Positions 52,794-63,977 of a stretch of 64,000 nucleotides of DNA are shown here, piece after piece; the first letter of the stretch is position 1; each line of letters starts with the position of its first letter. The translations under genes were made by a program, and so were the position numbers. The notes beneath the pieces were generated by a model. It was given only the letters and a program-made list of their open reading frames with translations. It was not told the origin of the DNA and searched no databases. The DNA lies in contig CAZSUC010000001.1 of the NCBI GenBank assembly GCA_964610055.1, forward strand, positions 351,994 to 415,993, written 5' to 3'. Source of the stretch: an uncultured Candidatus Saccharibacteria bacterium. Its GTDB lineage: Bacteria; Patescibacteriota; Andersenbacteria; UBA10190.

Positions 52794-54179
52794 CTAGGCA
52801 GCTGGCATTTCTTCATACCTGGTTTCAAGTTCGGCGTACGCGACAAACCGATTATGAAACTGCATTGGTAGTTCTCCTGTCGGACCATTTCGATGTTTCT
52901 CAATCAACAAGGACACATCAATAGTTTCGGGACGGTCCTGAAGCTCATCCTCAGTGAATGGGGGACGATGAATAAACATAACTAAGTCAGCGTCTTGCTC
53001 AATACTGCCTGATTCTCTTAAATCTGATAATTTTGGTCGTTGATCCGTCCGCATTTCTACTGCTCGAGACAACTGTGATAATGCTAACACGGGCACATTT
53101 AACTCAATCGCCAAGCGCTTTAATCCACGCGAAATATCTGATACTTCTTGTACCCGATTATCTTTATATTTACTTGATTCCATTAATTGTAAGTAATCTA
53201 TAATCAAAAGTCCTAACCCGTGCTCTGCTTGTAAGCGTCGTGCCATCGTGCGCATCCCCATGACACTGTTCGAGGCGTGATCATCAATATATATCGGTGC
53301 ATTTGATAGTTCTCCCATTGCTTGGCCTAAGCGCGCAAAATCATCATATTCTCCGCCAGTCTCTAAATTACCTGTACGTAATCGCCATAAATCTACTCTG
53401 GCATGCGACGCTAACAAACGATCAACTAACTGTTCTTTAGACATTTCTAAACTAAAAAATCCCACTGGCACTCCACTTAAGGCCGCATTTCTCGCAAAAT
53501 CTAATGCTAACGCAGTTTTTCCAACCGATGGCCGCGCCGCTAAAATAATTAAATCTGACTTTTGCCAACCGGCTAATTTTGCATCTAAGCCAGCAAAGCC
53601 AGTCGGTACACCGCGTAATTCATGATCGCCTCGATGTAATTTATCAATGCGTGTAAAGGCGTCCTCTAACGCATCGGAAATTTTTGTAAAAGCATGCTGC
53701 TTATGGTCTTGGGAAACGCTAAATAGCGTTTGTTCTGCTCTGTCCAAGACTGTTTCTACGTCTTCCTCTTCATCAAAACCTAATTCAGAAATATCGGAAG
53801 CCGCCGAAATCAAGCGTCGTAATGTTGCCGCTTTGGCTACAATCTGGGCGTAATGCAAGACATTTCCAGCCGTTGGCACAACCGTCGCAATATGTGCCAC
53901 CGCGCTTTCTCCTCCCACTACCTCTAATTCCTGACGTTCTTTAAGGCGATGCGTTACTGATAAAATATCAATTGGGTCGCCTTTTTGGTATAGATCTAAC
54001 ATGCACTGAAATAACAATCCGTAAGTCTGACGATAAAAATCAGATGGCGTAACTAAATCAGCAACTTTAATGATTGCATCTTTGTCAATTAGTAAGCTAC
54101 CCAACACCGATTCCTCAGCTTCATAATCGTGTGGCGGTACTCTCACTCCTGTATCGTGCGTTTTTTTTCCTTTAGCCAT
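52794..54179 (-). CDS. dnaB: replicative DNA helicase DnaB
   Basis: N-terminal DnaB domain and a RecA-fold C-terminal domain with Walker A (ARPSVGKTA). Confidence 0.9.
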   Translation of the reverse strand: MAKGKKTHDTGVRVPPHDYEAEESVLGSLLIDKDAIIKVADLVTPSDFYRQTYGLLFQCMLDLYQKGDPIDILSVTHRLKERQELEVVGGESAVAHIATVVPTAGNVLHYAQIVAKAATLRRLISAASDISELGFDEEEDVETVLDRAEQTLFSVSQDHKQHAFTKISDALEDAFTRIDKLHRGDHELRGVPTGFAGLDAKLAGWQKSDLIILAARPSVGKTALALDFARNAALSGVPVGFFSLEMSKEQLVDRLLASHARVDLWRLRTGNLETGGEYDDFARLGQAMGELSNAPIYIDDHASNSVMGMRTMARRLQAEHGLGLLIIDYLQLMESSKYKDNRVQEVSDISRGLKRLAIELNVPVLALSQLSRAVEMRTDQRPKLSDLRESGSIEQDADLVMFIHRPPFTEDELQDRPETIDVSLLIEKHRNGPTGELPMQFHNRFVAYAELETRYEEMPAA

Positions 54180-54282
54180 TGGTATACGACGCTTCTAATC
54201 TCGTTTACCTAGCATACTAGCGCCGGCATATAATTGCACGTGGATAAGTGGATAAGCGGTGGAAAAACCAGTGGAAAACTTA

Positions 54283-55692
54283 TTACTTAATTGGTCGTAC
54301 GCGTGATCCTGTGTTTGTATCTTCAACTGTATATCCTAATTCTTCCATCTTAATGCGTAATTCATCTGCTCGTTCCCATTTTTTCTCTCGTCTCGCTGTT
54401 TCCCGCTCAGCCTGTAATTTTACTACTTCTAATGGCACTTCTTCTTGGCTTAACTCTGTTCGCAATGGTTCCTGTATCCCCAAAACTCGATCCATCATTA
54501 ATAAAGTTGCTGCTTCATTGCCTGTTAATTTATTTTCTTCCAACTTTTTATTCACTTCTTTTATAAATCCCCAAAACACAGCCAAAGCTGCCGGCGTATT
54601 CAGATCATCGGCTAGAGCCGCTTGAAAATCATCTTTTACTTTTTGATCAATTGCACCAGTTTCATTTTGTCCATCTAATCTCCGCCATACCTGTTTAATT
54701 GTTTCTAACTGTTCTTGGGCTTGTTTCATTAAATCCCAATCAAATTCCATCGGAGTGCGATAATGGCTGCCCAAAATCAATAATCTTAACGCTAAAGGGG
54801 AGTACCCTTGCTCGCGTACAGTATCCAAATTTATCGTCGCACCAGAACTCTTGGCCATCTTCTCTCCGCCCATACGTAAATGCGCATTATGCATCCATAC
54901 CCGGACAAATTTTTGTCCGGTTGCGCCTTCTGCTTGAGCAATCTCATTTTCATGATGGGGGAACTTGTTATCAATCCCGCCGGTATGAATATCAATCTCT
55001 GTATCCAGATATTCCATGCTCATCGCTGAACATTCAATATGCCAACCCGGATACCCCACCCCCCAAGGCGAATCCCATTTCTGTGTGGCTTGTTTATCAA
55101 AAATCCATAAAGCAAAATCAGCCGGATGTCTTTTTTCTGCGCGCACGCTAATACGTTTACCTGCTTCTAACTGCGCTACACTATTCCCTGATAATTTCCC
55201 ATAATCCGGAAAAGTTGTGACGTCAAAATAAATTCCAGTTTCAGTCTGATAAGCCTTACCTCGATCCAAAAGCTGTTGGATGAGTTCTTGCATGGCCTGA
55301 ATGTGATTAGTCGCGCGCGGATATTTGTGTGCCGGCTGAATATTCAATGCTTGCAAGTCATTTTCAAAGTTTTTAATTTCACGATCTGCAATTTCAAGTG
55401 GGCTTTTCTGCTCTAAGCGCGCCTCTTTAGCTAATTTGTCTTCTCCTTCGTCTAACTCATCTTCCGTCAAATGTCCGACATCGGTAATATTCATAATTTC
55501 TCGAACTTCATATCCCCACAGTTCTAATGTTCGCCTTAAAACGTCAGCAAACACATAGCGGCGCATATTCCCGATATGCTGTCGTTTATATACAGTCGGT
55601 CCGCAATGATACACTCTCGCCTTGCCCGGCTCTTTCGGTTCAAACGGCTCTAATGCTTTTGAATATGAGTTGTAGAAAACTAATGACGGCAT
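54283..55692 (-). CDS. cysS: cysteinyl-tRNA synthetase
   Basis: CGPTVY…HIGN (HIGH), WHIECSAM (zinc site) and KMAKSSG (KMSKS variant). Confidence 0.9.
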   Translation of the reverse strand: MPSLVFYNSYSKALEPFEPKEPGKARVYHCGPTVYKRQHIGNMRRYVFADVLRRTLELWGYEVREIMNITDVGHLTEDELDEGEDKLAKEARLEQKSPLEIADREIKNFENDLQALNIQPAHKYPRATNHIQAMQELIQQLLDRGKAYQTETGIYFDVTTFPDYGKLSGNSVAQLEAGKRISVRAEKRHPADFALWIFDKQATQKWDSPWGVGYPGWHIECSAMSMEYLDTEIDIHTGGIDNKFPHHENEIAQAEGATGQKFVRVWMHNAHLRMGGEKMAKSSGATINLDTVREQGYSPLALRLLILGSHYRTPMEFDWDLMKQAQEQLETIKQVWRRLDGQNETGAIDQKVKDDFQAALADDLNTPAALAVFWGFIKEVNKKLEENKLTGNEAATLLMMDRVLGIQEPLRTELSQEEVPLEVVKLQAERETARREKKWERADELRIKMEELGYTVEDTNTGSRVRPIK

Positions 55693-55761
55693 ATAAAACT
55701 ATGTTATCCTTCACTATACTGTTTGTTCTCTAAAAAACCCAGAGCTAGAAGGTAATCAACC

Positions 55762-56427
55762 ATGGTTGTCTCAAAATGCGTTCAGTGTCGGCTTGGTGTT
55801 GATTTAGATGGGGTTATTATCCGGTCCAATCTACCTCAGTTTAAACAATGGATCAATGATCACGACAAAAATCCCACTAGTTATGAAAACTTCGGTCAAT
55901 TGCCCGAAGAGACAGCATCTGATTTGTATTGTCAGTTCTTATCTTCTCCTGCTGCGCCTCCTATGCAAATCATGCCCGGCGCTCTTGAGGCCTTACGTGC
56001 TTTGAGCCAATTTGCCAGCTTCTACCTCATCACTGCTCGCGGCCTTGTTTCTCGCGCACTGACACTTAACGCGCTTCAGCCGCTGATTCCAACCGACGTT
56101 CGATTTACTGACATGATCTTCGGCTGCGCTCGGCAAAAAGATGCGGCTATGTCTGCCTACGGCATTCGTCTTTTAGTGGATGATAGTCCGCCTGAGCTTA
56201 AACGAGTCGTTGGAGCTCGCCAAGATAACTACGGTATTGGCATGTTCAATCCTGACATCCTCGCTTGGCCTCAGCATGAACGCATCATTCTGCCCTCAAC
56301 CATTCGGAGGTTTTACTCTCCGTCTAATCCTCGCGCTCAAGACGCTCTATACCGCGCAACATGGATTGAAATTGTAGAGACTATCACTAATCTCTACGCC
56401 CAAGGCGCGTTGTCTATCGCCGCCTAA
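55762..56427 (+). CDS. HAD-superfamily 5'(3')-deoxyribonucleotidase-like hydrolase
   Basis: HAD motifs: DLDGVI (motif I), YLITAR (motif II) and LVDDSP (motifs III/IV). Confidence 0.5.
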   Translation: MVVSKCVQCRLGVDLDGVIIRSNLPQFKQWINDHDKNPTSYENFGQLPEETASDLYCQFLSSPAAPPMQIMPGALEALRALSQFASFYLITARGLVSRALTLNALQPLIPTDVRFTDMIFGCARQKDAAMSAYGIRLLVDDSPPELKRVVGARQDNYGIGMFNPDILAWPQHERIILPSTIRRFYSPSNPRAQDALYRATWIEIVETITNLYAQGALSIAA

Positions 56428-56463
56428 CCTTGTTCTCTTACCGCCGCCTCATCAGCGGCTTTT

Positions 56464-57372
56464 TTATAAAACTCTTTTACCGCGGAACCGCCACATAATT
56501 AACAGCAAAACCGCTACTAAAATTGCTAACAATCCCCAGAACACCCATAACCCCGCTTCGGTCGTATTAGAATTTGCTGGATTAACAGCTGAGAGCAAAA
56601 CTAAGCCCGGTAAACCTACGGCTGAGTAATACGTTAATAAACGCAGTAATTCATTTTCTTTATGCTGTAATAAACTGCCATTCGTTTCCGATAATTCATC
56701 CACACTTTCATATAATCCTTCCAAGACCTCCCATAGTTTTTGCACTTGCCGATGTAATCTTTGCCAGCGTGCTGTCACGTTTTCACTTAAATTTAATTCC
56801 GCAGGCACAGCCGCAAACAAAGATCGTTGTGGCCGGATAATTTTACGAAAATCCAATACGTCTCGTTTTAAAATCGCACTTTCTTCCACCATCTTGCGCT
56901 CATTGCCATGAAAAACCGCGTCTTCCGCAATATCAATGTGCTTTGCCAAACGGTTTAACTTATGAAACGCACTCGCATACATTTGTGACACTATATATAA
57001 ACCCAAAGCTAAAGCTCCCTCGCTAAAATACTCTTCTCGTTTTTCTGGCACTTCCTCGTATTCAGTCCAAATCTTTTCTAAAACAGGAATTTGTTCAAAG
57101 TGAACCGTTTGTAACCAATCTTTTCCTACAATTAAATATAAAGGGACTCCGCGTGTTAAACGTGCCTGCCGATCAAAAACCGGCACTTGGACTAACACCA
57201 AAGTATAATTAGGGCGCGGCATTACTTCTGGACGCTGATGATTTTGCACGACAAATTCCGCATCCGCCGGATCCAATCCTGTTTCACGGACTAACTCTGC
57301 CAATTCATCCGCCGTCGGCTCGCCAACGTCTTTCCAGCTAACTCCATTTTGTGCCTCTAGCTTTCGTGCCAT
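56464..57372 (-). CDS. CorA-like divalent cation transporter family protein (no canonical GMN motif)
   Basis: Soluble N-terminal domain with a long helix and two C-terminal transmembrane segments. The GMN position reads …AVNPANS…. Confidence 0.4.
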   Translation of the reverse strand: MARKLEAQNGVSWKDVGEPTADELAELVRETGLDPADAEFVVQNHQRPEVMPRPNYTLVLVQVPVFDRQARLTRGVPLYLIVGKDWLQTVHFEQIPVLEKIWTEYEEVPEKREEYFSEGALALGLYIVSQMYASAFHKLNRLAKHIDIAEDAVFHGNERKMVEESAILKRDVLDFRKIIRPQRSLFAAVPAELNLSENVTARWQRLHRQVQKLWEVLEGLYESVDELSETNGSLLQHKENELLRLLTYYSAVGLPGLVLLSAVNPANSNTTEAGLWVFWGLLAILVAVLLLIMWRFRGKRVL

Positions 57373-57403
57373 ATACTAACTAAGTATACATGAAAAACAT
57401 CCT

Positions 57404-58540
57404 ATGCAGCTAAGATCCTTCATTCTTCCTTTACTTATTGTTTTGCCAATGCTGCAATTATCCGGTTGCACTTCTACCAGTGTCTCGCGCCCGCCATCAG
57501 GCGGCACTTATATTTCTCGTAGTGCTGGTGCGTATTTTGATCAATCCGTGCAGTTAACCGATGATTCCGGCTATACCTCTCGTTATACTTTTAAAGGCAT
57601 CCATCGGCCTGAATATGATCTTAACCGCATTTATTTAGCGGCTGATACTGATGGCATTGTCTATTCTGTCAACGATGGGGAATTGTGGTCACAAATTTCA
57701 ACCGGTCTTTATCGTACTTTGAGCGTTGTGAGTCTTTCTTCCGATATTATGGTTATTGCTGGTTTGGATGAAGATGGCCAAGGTTATGTGCGTCGTACCA
57801 GTGATGCCGGCCAAAGTTGGGAAACAGTCTTAACCATTCCGCGTCCAGAAAGCAGCGGATTTAATTTTCTTAAACAAAACACTAATCCTCAGTCCGTAAT
57901 TATTGCCTTATCAGCCGATCCTTTTCATGATGATCGTGTCTACGCTGGTACTAGTCTCGGTAATATCTTAATTGGCGAACAATATGGGAAAACTTGGACA
58001 ACTGCCCACACGCTTAATGGCACTATTTACTCGTCTTCTAATTTTTATATCCGTTCCGTTATTCCATCCCCACATACTCTCGGAGAAGTGCTGATCTTAA
58101 CATCAGATAATTTACTTTATCGCATCAGCAATTCTCAACAAACTCAAATCAAGGTTTCATTGGACACCAATGCTCTGAAAAATTCTCTTTCTAAGAGCTT
58201 ATCCATTCGCTCCGTTAAATTTATTACTGGTTATCCTGACGCCATTTTCATTGGTCTGTCTGACGGCGCAGCTGTCTCCAATGATCGCGGTGTGACTTGG
58301 GAACGTTTGCCTTTACCGGCTGACACCTCCAAGCCGTTTGACAGCGCTATCGTTGAAGCCAGCCCCACGAACCCATCTCGTCTTTTAGTTGCCTTAGATG
58401 ATGTTATTTATCGTTCCGAAGATGGCGGTACTAATTGGTATTCAACCTCTTTAAATCTCTCTTCTCGTAGTGTTGTTTTTCTCTCTATTAACCCCTCAAA
58501 TCCGAGTCACGTTATCGCTGTCACCAGTCCCAACAGTTAG
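57404..58540 (+). CDS. lipoprotein with BNR/Asp-box repeats (beta-propeller; Ycf48/sialidase-like)
   Basis: Lipobox LQLSGC. Repeated S-x-D-x-G-x-T-W boxes (SDAGQSWE, SNDRGVTWE, SEDGGTNWY). Confidence 0.55.
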   Translation: MQLRSFILPLLIVLPMLQLSGCTSTSVSRPPSGGTYISRSAGAYFDQSVQLTDDSGYTSRYTFKGIHRPEYDLNRIYLAADTDGIVYSVNDGELWSQISTGLYRTLSVVSLSSDIMVIAGLDEDGQGYVRRTSDAGQSWETVLTIPRPESSGFNFLKQNTNPQSVIIALSADPFHDDRVYAGTSLGNILIGEQYGKTWTTAHTLNGTIYSSSNFYIRSVIPSPHTLGEVLILTSDNLLYRISNSQQTQIKVSLDTNALKNSLSKSLSIRSVKFITGYPDAIFIGLSDGAAVSNDRGVTWERLPLPADTSKPFDSAIVEASPTNPSRLLVALDDVIYRSEDGGTNWYSTSLNLSSRSVVFLSINPSNPSHVIAVTSPNS

Positions 58541-58577
58541 CCAATTTGACACATTTAATCATCCGGTTAGGATTAAA

Positions 58578-58604
58578 TTAGCACTCAAAGCCATAGAGTG
58601 CTAA
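58578..58604 (+). promoter_or_regulatory. CIRCE operator (HrcA binding site)
   Basis: TTAGCACTC-aaagccata-GAGTGCTAA is a perfect match to the CIRCE consensus. It ends 13 nt upstream of the hrcA ATG, which overlaps its last 7 nt. Confidence 0.9.
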
Positions 58605-59335
58605 AATATATTTACGCTATGACTGACCGTCAATCTCTTATTTTAGAAGCCCTTATTAACGAATATATTCGCACCGCTAAACCTGTGGGCAGCGCGGCAG
58701 TTTTAGCTAAATTAGAAATTGATTTAAGCCCCGCCACCGTTCGTAATGAAATGCAAGCCTTAGAAGAAAGTGGCTATCTGTTTCAGCCGCATGCTTCTGC
58801 TGGCCGCATTCCGACTGACAAAGGTTACCGTTATCATATCGATCGTCTGCGGCGCGTGGCTTTTAATGATTCACAAAAAGAACGCCTTGAAGAAGAGCTT
58901 ATCCGTCTCATGGGGGAGTACCGCGAGCTAACTCGTAGCGCGTCCTGTTTACTTGCGCGTATGTCGCGCCTCGTTACTATGTGCAGTGCACTTTCATCGG
59001 GTGAAACCACTGAAACTGGCTTATCTCAACTTTTGCAGCAGCCGGACGCTGACATGCTTGAAACTGTGCGTGAAGTAAGTCGCTTGCTTGATGATCCCGC
59101 GGCCGTTACCGAAAAACTATCCGACATCACTGACGATGAAACTGTTGTTTATGTTGGTCGCGAAAATCCTTATTACCCGGCTGAACATACCAGCTTAATT
59201 GTTCGCAGTATCGACACTCCGCAATATGGTCGCTTAGTTTTTATGATCGCCGGCCCCAAGCGTATGTCATATCGTCGACATGTTAATTTATTAGACGCAA
59301 TTAGCGATATCCTTCATCACAATCAAGACCTATGA
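58598..59335 (+). CDS. hrcA: heat-inducible transcription repressor HrcA (short form)
   Basis: N-terminal wHTH (…LINEYIRTAKPVGSAAV…) and the position CIRCE-hrcA-grpE-dnaK. Confidence 0.85.
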   Translation: MLKYIYAMTDRQSLILEALINEYIRTAKPVGSAAVLAKLEIDLSPATVRNEMQALEESGYLFQPHASAGRIPTDKGYRYHIDRLRRVAFNDSQKERLEEELIRLMGEYRELTRSASCLLARMSRLVTMCSALSSGETTETGLSQLLQQPDADMLETVREVSRLLDDPAAVTEKLSDITDDETVVYVGRENPYYPAEHTSLIVRSIDTPQYGRLVFMIAGPKRMSYRRHVNLLDAISDILHHNQDL

Positions 59336-59790
59336 TTCATTCTCGTGAACTTAATTCACCTCAAAATCAGCACGCTGAAGAATACTTACAAGGTTGGCAA
59401 AGAGCCCGCGCTGAACTTGATAATTTTCGCAAACAAATTGCGGATCAAAACTCAGTCGCCGGCAATCGACATCTTGTTAACATCGTAACTACTTTTTTAC
59501 CAATCGCTGATAATTTCCGCGCTATTACCGAGCATTTACCACCTGATCTCGCTGATAATGCCTGGGCGCAGGGAGTTACGCATGTTTGTCGACAATTTCA
59601 AGACACTCTACAAAGCCTCGGTCTCACTGAAATTAACCAAATTAATGTTCCTTTCGATCCTAACATTCATGAAGCGGTTGCTTCCGATCAAGCTGATACT
59701 GATCATTCTCACACAATCAGCGCCATTATTCGTCCTGGTTACCGGCTAGGTGAAACAATAATTCGTCCGGCCCAGGTACAAGTTAAGTAA
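59332..59790 (+). CDS. grpE: nucleotide exchange factor GrpE
   Basis: 152 aa with the GrpE coiled-coil and beta-sheet domain. Its start overlaps the hrcA stop, and it lies between hrcA and dnaK. Confidence 0.85.
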   Translation: MIHSRELNSPQNQHAEEYLQGWQRARAELDNFRKQIADQNSVAGNRHLVNIVTTFLPIADNFRAITEHLPPDLADNAWAQGVTHVCRQFQDTLQSLGLTEINQINVPFDPNIHEAVASDQADTDHSHTISAIIRPGYRLGETIIRPAQVQVK

Positions 59791-59818
59791 TTTAACCTAT
59801 ATAATTAAACTAACTTTT

Positions 59819-61696
59819 ATGAGCACAATTATTGGAATTGACTTAGGCACTACTAATTCAGCCGTCGCTGCCATGCAAGGCGGTCAACCAACCATTTTAG
59901 AAAACTCTGAAGGCAATCGCACGACTCCGTCTGTTGTTGCTTCTAAGCAAGGGGAGCGCCTCGTTGGTGTTCTAGCCAAACGTCAAGCTGTTGTTAACCC
60001 CGGCAATACAATCTATTCCTCTAAGCGTTTAATTGGTCGTCGTTTTCAAGACCCCGAAGTTCAGCGTGACAAAGAACTATTACCTTATGAAATCAAAGAG
60101 GGCGCTAATGGGGGAGTAGAAATTAAGTTTGGCGATTCTTGGGTTCGGCCCGCCGAAATCTCCGCCATGATTTTACAAAAATTAAAAGCTGATGCCGAAG
60201 CTAAGCTCGGCACGACTATCACTGATGCTGTTATTACCGTACCCGCTTATTTCGACGACGCTCAGCGCAAAGCTACCAAAGATGCTGGTCGAATCGCCGG
60301 TTTAAATGTGTGCCGCATTATTAACGAACCAACTGCCGCTGCCTTAGCATATGGCCTCGACAAAAAATCCGAAGAAAAAATAGTTGTTTTTGATTTAGGT
60401 GGTGGAACCTTTGATGTTTCCATTCTCGAAGTCGCAGCTGATACAATCGAAGTTCGCGGTACTCATGGTGACACTCACTTAGGTGGCGATGATTTTGACC
60501 AACGCATCATTGACTGGATTGTTTCAGAATTTAAAGCCCAAGAGGGGATTGACCTCAGCAAAGACAATGTCGCTTTGCAGCGCTTGAAAGAAGCGGCCGA
60601 AAAAGCCAAGCATGAATTAAGCGCAGCCACTACCACTGAAATCAATCAGCCCTTCATTACTACCGATGCCAATGGGCCTAAACACTTAGTTATGACCATG
60701 AGTCGCGCTAAGCTCGAAGAGCTCGTAAGTGAGTTAATTGATCGCGCCATTCAAGTTACCAAAGACGCTTTAGCTGAAGCTAAGTTAACTACTGCCGACA
60801 TCAATGAAGTAGTTATGGTTGGTGGCCAAACGCGCATGCCGAAAGTGGTTGCCGACGTTAAACAATTATTTGGTAAAGACCCTCATCAAGGTATTAATCC
60901 TGACGAAGTTGTTGCTCTTGGTGCGGCCATTCAAGGTGGTATTTTAGGCGGCGATGTCAAAGACGTCCTGCTGCTTGATGTTACTCCGCTCACCTTAGGC
61001 TTGGAAACTTTGGGCGGTGTGCGTACGCCATTGATTCCAAAAAACACGACCATTCCTACTAAAAAATCTCAAGTTTTCTCAACCGCTGCCGATAACCAAC
61101 CACAAGTTGAAATCCATATCCTACAAGGCGAACGGGAAATGGCCGCTGATAACAAAACCCTCGGTCGTTTTGTCTTAGACGGTATTCCTCCTGCTCCTCG
61201 TGGTGTTCCACAAATTGAAGTGACTTTTGACATTGATGCTAACGGTATCCTCAATGTTTCCGCTAAAGACAAAGCCACTAATCGCGAACAAAGCGTTAAA
61301 ATTGAAAGCAGTTCTGACCTGACAGAAGCTGAAATTCAGCGTATGCAGCAAGAAGCCGAAGCTCATGCCGCTGAAGACAAGCAGCGCAAAGATGCGATCG
61401 AAACCAAAAACCAGGCCGAACAACTCATCTACACCACCGAAAAAACTCTGAAAGATTTAGGTGACAAAGTTGACGACACAACCAAACAAGATATCACCGC
61501 TAAAATTGAAGAGTTGAAAAAAGCCAAGGATACCGATGACATTAACGCTATCAAACAAGCTTCTGATGCTTTATCAACTAAAATTCAAGAAATCGGTCAA
61601 AAAATGTACCAGCAAAATCAATCCCAGACGCCAGAACAACCAGCAGCCCCTGATGAAGGCGAAGTAGTCCAAGGGGAAGCTAAAGACAAAGAATAA
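59819..61696 (+). CDS. dnaK: molecular chaperone DnaK (Hsp70)
   Basis: [18 protein letters not shown] and the canonical Hsp70 domains. Confidence 0.95.
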   Translation: MSTIIGIDLGTTNSAVAAMQGGQPTILENSEGNRTTPSVVASKQGERLVGVLAKRQAVVNPGNTIYSSKRLIGRRFQDPEVQRDKELLPYEIKEGANGGVEIKFGDSWVRPAEISAMILQKLKADAEAKLGTTITDAVITVPAYFDDAQRKATKDAGRIAGLNVCRIINEPTAAALAYGLDKKSEEKIVVFDLGGGTFDVSILEVAADTIEVRGTHGDTHLGGDDFDQRIIDWIVSEFKAQEGIDLSKDNVALQRLKEAAEKAKHELSAATTTEINQPFITTDANGPKHLVMTMSRAKLEELVSELIDRAIQVTKDALAEAKLTTADINEVVMVGGQTRMPKVVADVKQLFGKDPHQGINPDEVVALGAAIQGGILGGDVKDVLLLDVTPLTLGLETLGGVRTPLIPKNTTIPTKKSQVFSTAADNQPQVEIHILQGEREMAADNKTLGRFVLDGIPPAPRGVPQIEVTFDIDANGILNVSAKDKATNREQSVKIESSSDLTEAEIQRMQQEAEAHAAEDKQRKDAIETKNQAEQLIYTTEKTLKDLGDKVDDTTKQDITAKIEELKKAKDTDDINAIKQASDALSTKIQEIGQKMYQQNQSQTPEQPAAPDEGEVVQGEAKDKE

Positions 61697-61698
61697 TT

Positions 61699-62631
61699 AT
61701 GTCCTTACCGCGGCCGCAAATTAAAGAAATTGGATTAGCACTAGCAAGTTTGCTTTTAAGCCTCATCCTCTTTCTTAGCGTTGCGGCCGCGGCTGCAGCC
61801 GGATTCACGCATACTGTTATTCTAACTATCGTTGGTCTTATCGCTTTCAGTTGGCTCGCGTTAATAGCAGTTTATCTAGCCTTTGCTCCCACGCGTTGGC
61901 TCGCATATCTCATTATTTTCTTCAGCGCTTTCTTACTCGCACTAATTGGACGCTTTCATATTAGTGCTATTATTGGCGCTCTGATCTTAATTGGCACCCT
62001 CGTTCCTGCTCGTCGCGCTTTCCAACTTGATCTGCATAATCATGTTAAATATCAAACCTCCCAGGCTTTCGGATCCGGTGTTCATATCTTGCTTTTAGGT
62101 CTCATTATGTCAATTTCCGGTTTAATCTTGCCGCAAGTCTCAAGTCTAATCGCTCAAAAGGGGATTAGTATCAATGCCGCTACCGTTTCCTGGATTATCA
62201 AACCTGTCTCATCGTATTTTGCTAACGACTTACCTGGCTTAGCTGACGGCGGTACAGTTGACGACTATTTAGATCAGCAATTTGCCAGCCAACTTCCAGC
62301 CGGTCAAACACTCTCTTCCGCACAGCGCCAGTTAGCCTATCAAGAAATTAGTCAGCGATTCGGCGACCAACCCATTACCGGCACTGAAACCTTAGCCGAT
62401 ATTGTCGCTTATCGTTTAAATAGCTGGCTCAAAAACCTCACCCAAGCCAATTCCATTACGATCGCTTTTAGCTTAATCGTCCTCGTTTTACTAACTATCC
62501 GCGCAATTTTACCAGTCGTTGCTTGGTTAGTTCTTGCTTTAATCACTTTCTTGATTTTTCTCAGTCGCCGTGTTGGTTTACTGCAGCTCACTGAAGTTCC
62601 AACCCCGGCTCAAAAGCTGGAAATCCGTTAA
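61699..62631 (+). CDS. polytopic membrane protein inserted between dnaK and dnaJ (hypothetical)
   Basis: 310-aa ORF with about 6 transmembrane segments, co-oriented with tight spacing inside the dnaK operon. Confidence 0.45.
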   Translation: MSLPRPQIKEIGLALASLLLSLILFLSVAAAAAAGFTHTVILTIVGLIAFSWLALIAVYLAFAPTRWLAYLIIFFSAFLLALIGRFHISAIIGALILIGTLVPARRAFQLDLHNHVKYQTSQAFGSGVHILLLGLIMSISGLILPQVSSLIAQKGISINAATVSWIIKPVSSYFANDLPGLADGGTVDDYLDQQFASQLPAGQTLSSAQRQLAYQEISQRFGDQPITGTETLADIVAYRLNSWLKNLTQANSITIAFSLIVLVLLTIRAILPVVAWLVLALITFLIFLSRRVGLLQLTEVPTPAQKLEIR

Positions 62632-62646
62632 ACATCTTCCAAACGT

Positions 62647-63726
62647 ATGGCCAAAGATTATTACGAAATTTTAGGCGTTGATCGTTCTGCCTCGCCGGAA
62701 GCAATAAAAAAGGCGTACCGACGTCTTGCTCATCAACATCATCCCGATAAAGCTGGCGGTAACGAAGCTAAATTTAAAGAAATCAATGAAGCTTATCAGG
62801 TTCTTGGAGACACTTCTAAGCGTTCCCAATACGATCAATTTGGTGCCAATTTTGAACAAGGTGGCGCCAATGGTTTTGGCGGCTTTGATTTTTCCGGCGC
62901 TGGCTTTGGCGGCATCAACGATATTTTTGAACAATTCTTCCGTGGTGGCGCCACTAATCGGACTCAACAACGCAGTGTTCGTCGCGGTGATGATATTGGC
63001 ATTGATGTCACCATCTCGTTTGCTGAATCCGCTCGTGATATCACCAAAGAAGTGAATCTTCGCATGTATCAAGCTTGCTCTCATTGTCATGGCAACGGTG
63101 CTGAACCAGGTACAAAAATTGAAACATGTCGGACTTGTCAGGGGACTGGTACTGTTACCACTACTCGTCAAACTATGTTTGGCTCTTTTGCTCAGAGCAG
63201 CGTCTGCCCCGACTGTCATGGCGATGGCAAGAAAGCCGTTACTGTCTGTCATAAATGCCATGGAGAAGGCCGTGAACTTACTAATCGTAAGTTAGATATC
63301 AAAATACCAGCCGGCATTGCCAACCAGCAAACAATCGAGATTTCCGGCAAAGGTGAAATCCCACCTCGCGGCGGTTTGCCTGGTAACCTTTACGTTAATG
63401 TTCACGTTGTGCCTCACCCTCGTTTACGTCGTGACGGACGTAACGTCCGCCTCGCTGAATCTATCAGCTTTACCGCCGCCGCTCTTGGTACTTCGCTCAG
63501 TGTTCCTACTTTAACTGGCGAGGAAAAGATTGATATTCCCGCTGGCACTCAGCCTGGAACCGAGATTCGTTTAAATGGTCTCGGATTTCCAGCCATTCAC
63601 AGCACCACTAAAGGCGATCAAATTGTCACCATCCAAGTTGAAATTCCGCGTAAGCTAACTCGTCATCAAAAAGAATTACTGCAAGAATTTGAGAAATCTC
63701 CCACTAAAAAACACCGGCTTTTCTAA
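62647..63726 (+). CDS. dnaJ: chaperone DnaJ
   Basis: J-domain with HPD (HQHHPDKAG), a G/F region and four CxxCxGxG zinc-finger repeats. Confidence 0.9.
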   Translation: MAKDYYEILGVDRSASPEAIKKAYRRLAHQHHPDKAGGNEAKFKEINEAYQVLGDTSKRSQYDQFGANFEQGGANGFGGFDFSGAGFGGINDIFEQFFRGGATNRTQQRSVRRGDDIGIDVTISFAESARDITKEVNLRMYQACSHCHGNGAEPGTKIETCRTCQGTGTVTTTRQTMFGSFAQSSVCPDCHGDGKKAVTVCHKCHGEGRELTNRKLDIKIPAGIANQQTIEISGKGEIPPRGGLPGNLYVNVHVVPHPRLRRDGRNVRLAESISFTAAALGTSLSVPTLTGEEKIDIPAGTQPGTEIRLNGLGFPAIHSTTKGDQIVTIQVEIPRKLTRHQKELLQEFEKSPTKKHRLF

Positions 63727-63755
63727 GCCGGTGTTTTAGTTTACCTCAGACAGTC

Positions 63756-63977
63756 TTACTTTACCTCGTTATAAAACTTATACACTTTCAAAACATCGCC
63801 TTCCATCTTTCCCACAATTCGTACTTTTTGCGCATCTGCACTTAAAGTATCATGCTCCATTTCGCCACCGCTGCGAGCATAAAAGGGAGTGTTATCTCGA
63901 TACGACACCGTCACATCCTTACCAACATATCGTTCTGCTTTAAACGTCGAACTGGAAACACTAAGCTTCATCAGCAT
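63756..63977 (-). CDS. hypothetical protein (possibly N-terminally truncated by the window edge)
   Basis: 73-aa ORF ending at 63756. The frame upstream of 63977 was not checked; 23 nt remain to the window end at 64000. Confidence 0.25.
   Translation of the reverse strand: MLMKLSVSSSTFKAERYVGKDVTVSYRDNTPFYARSGGEMEHDTLSADAQKVRIVGKMEGDVLKVYKFYNEVK

Noticed and set aside
62671-63261. 196-aa minus-strand ORF inside dnaJ, plus small + strand ORFs 62726-63514
   Set aside because: These are shadow ORFs fully contained in the well-supported dnaJ gene, and low-complexity in the Gly-rich regions.
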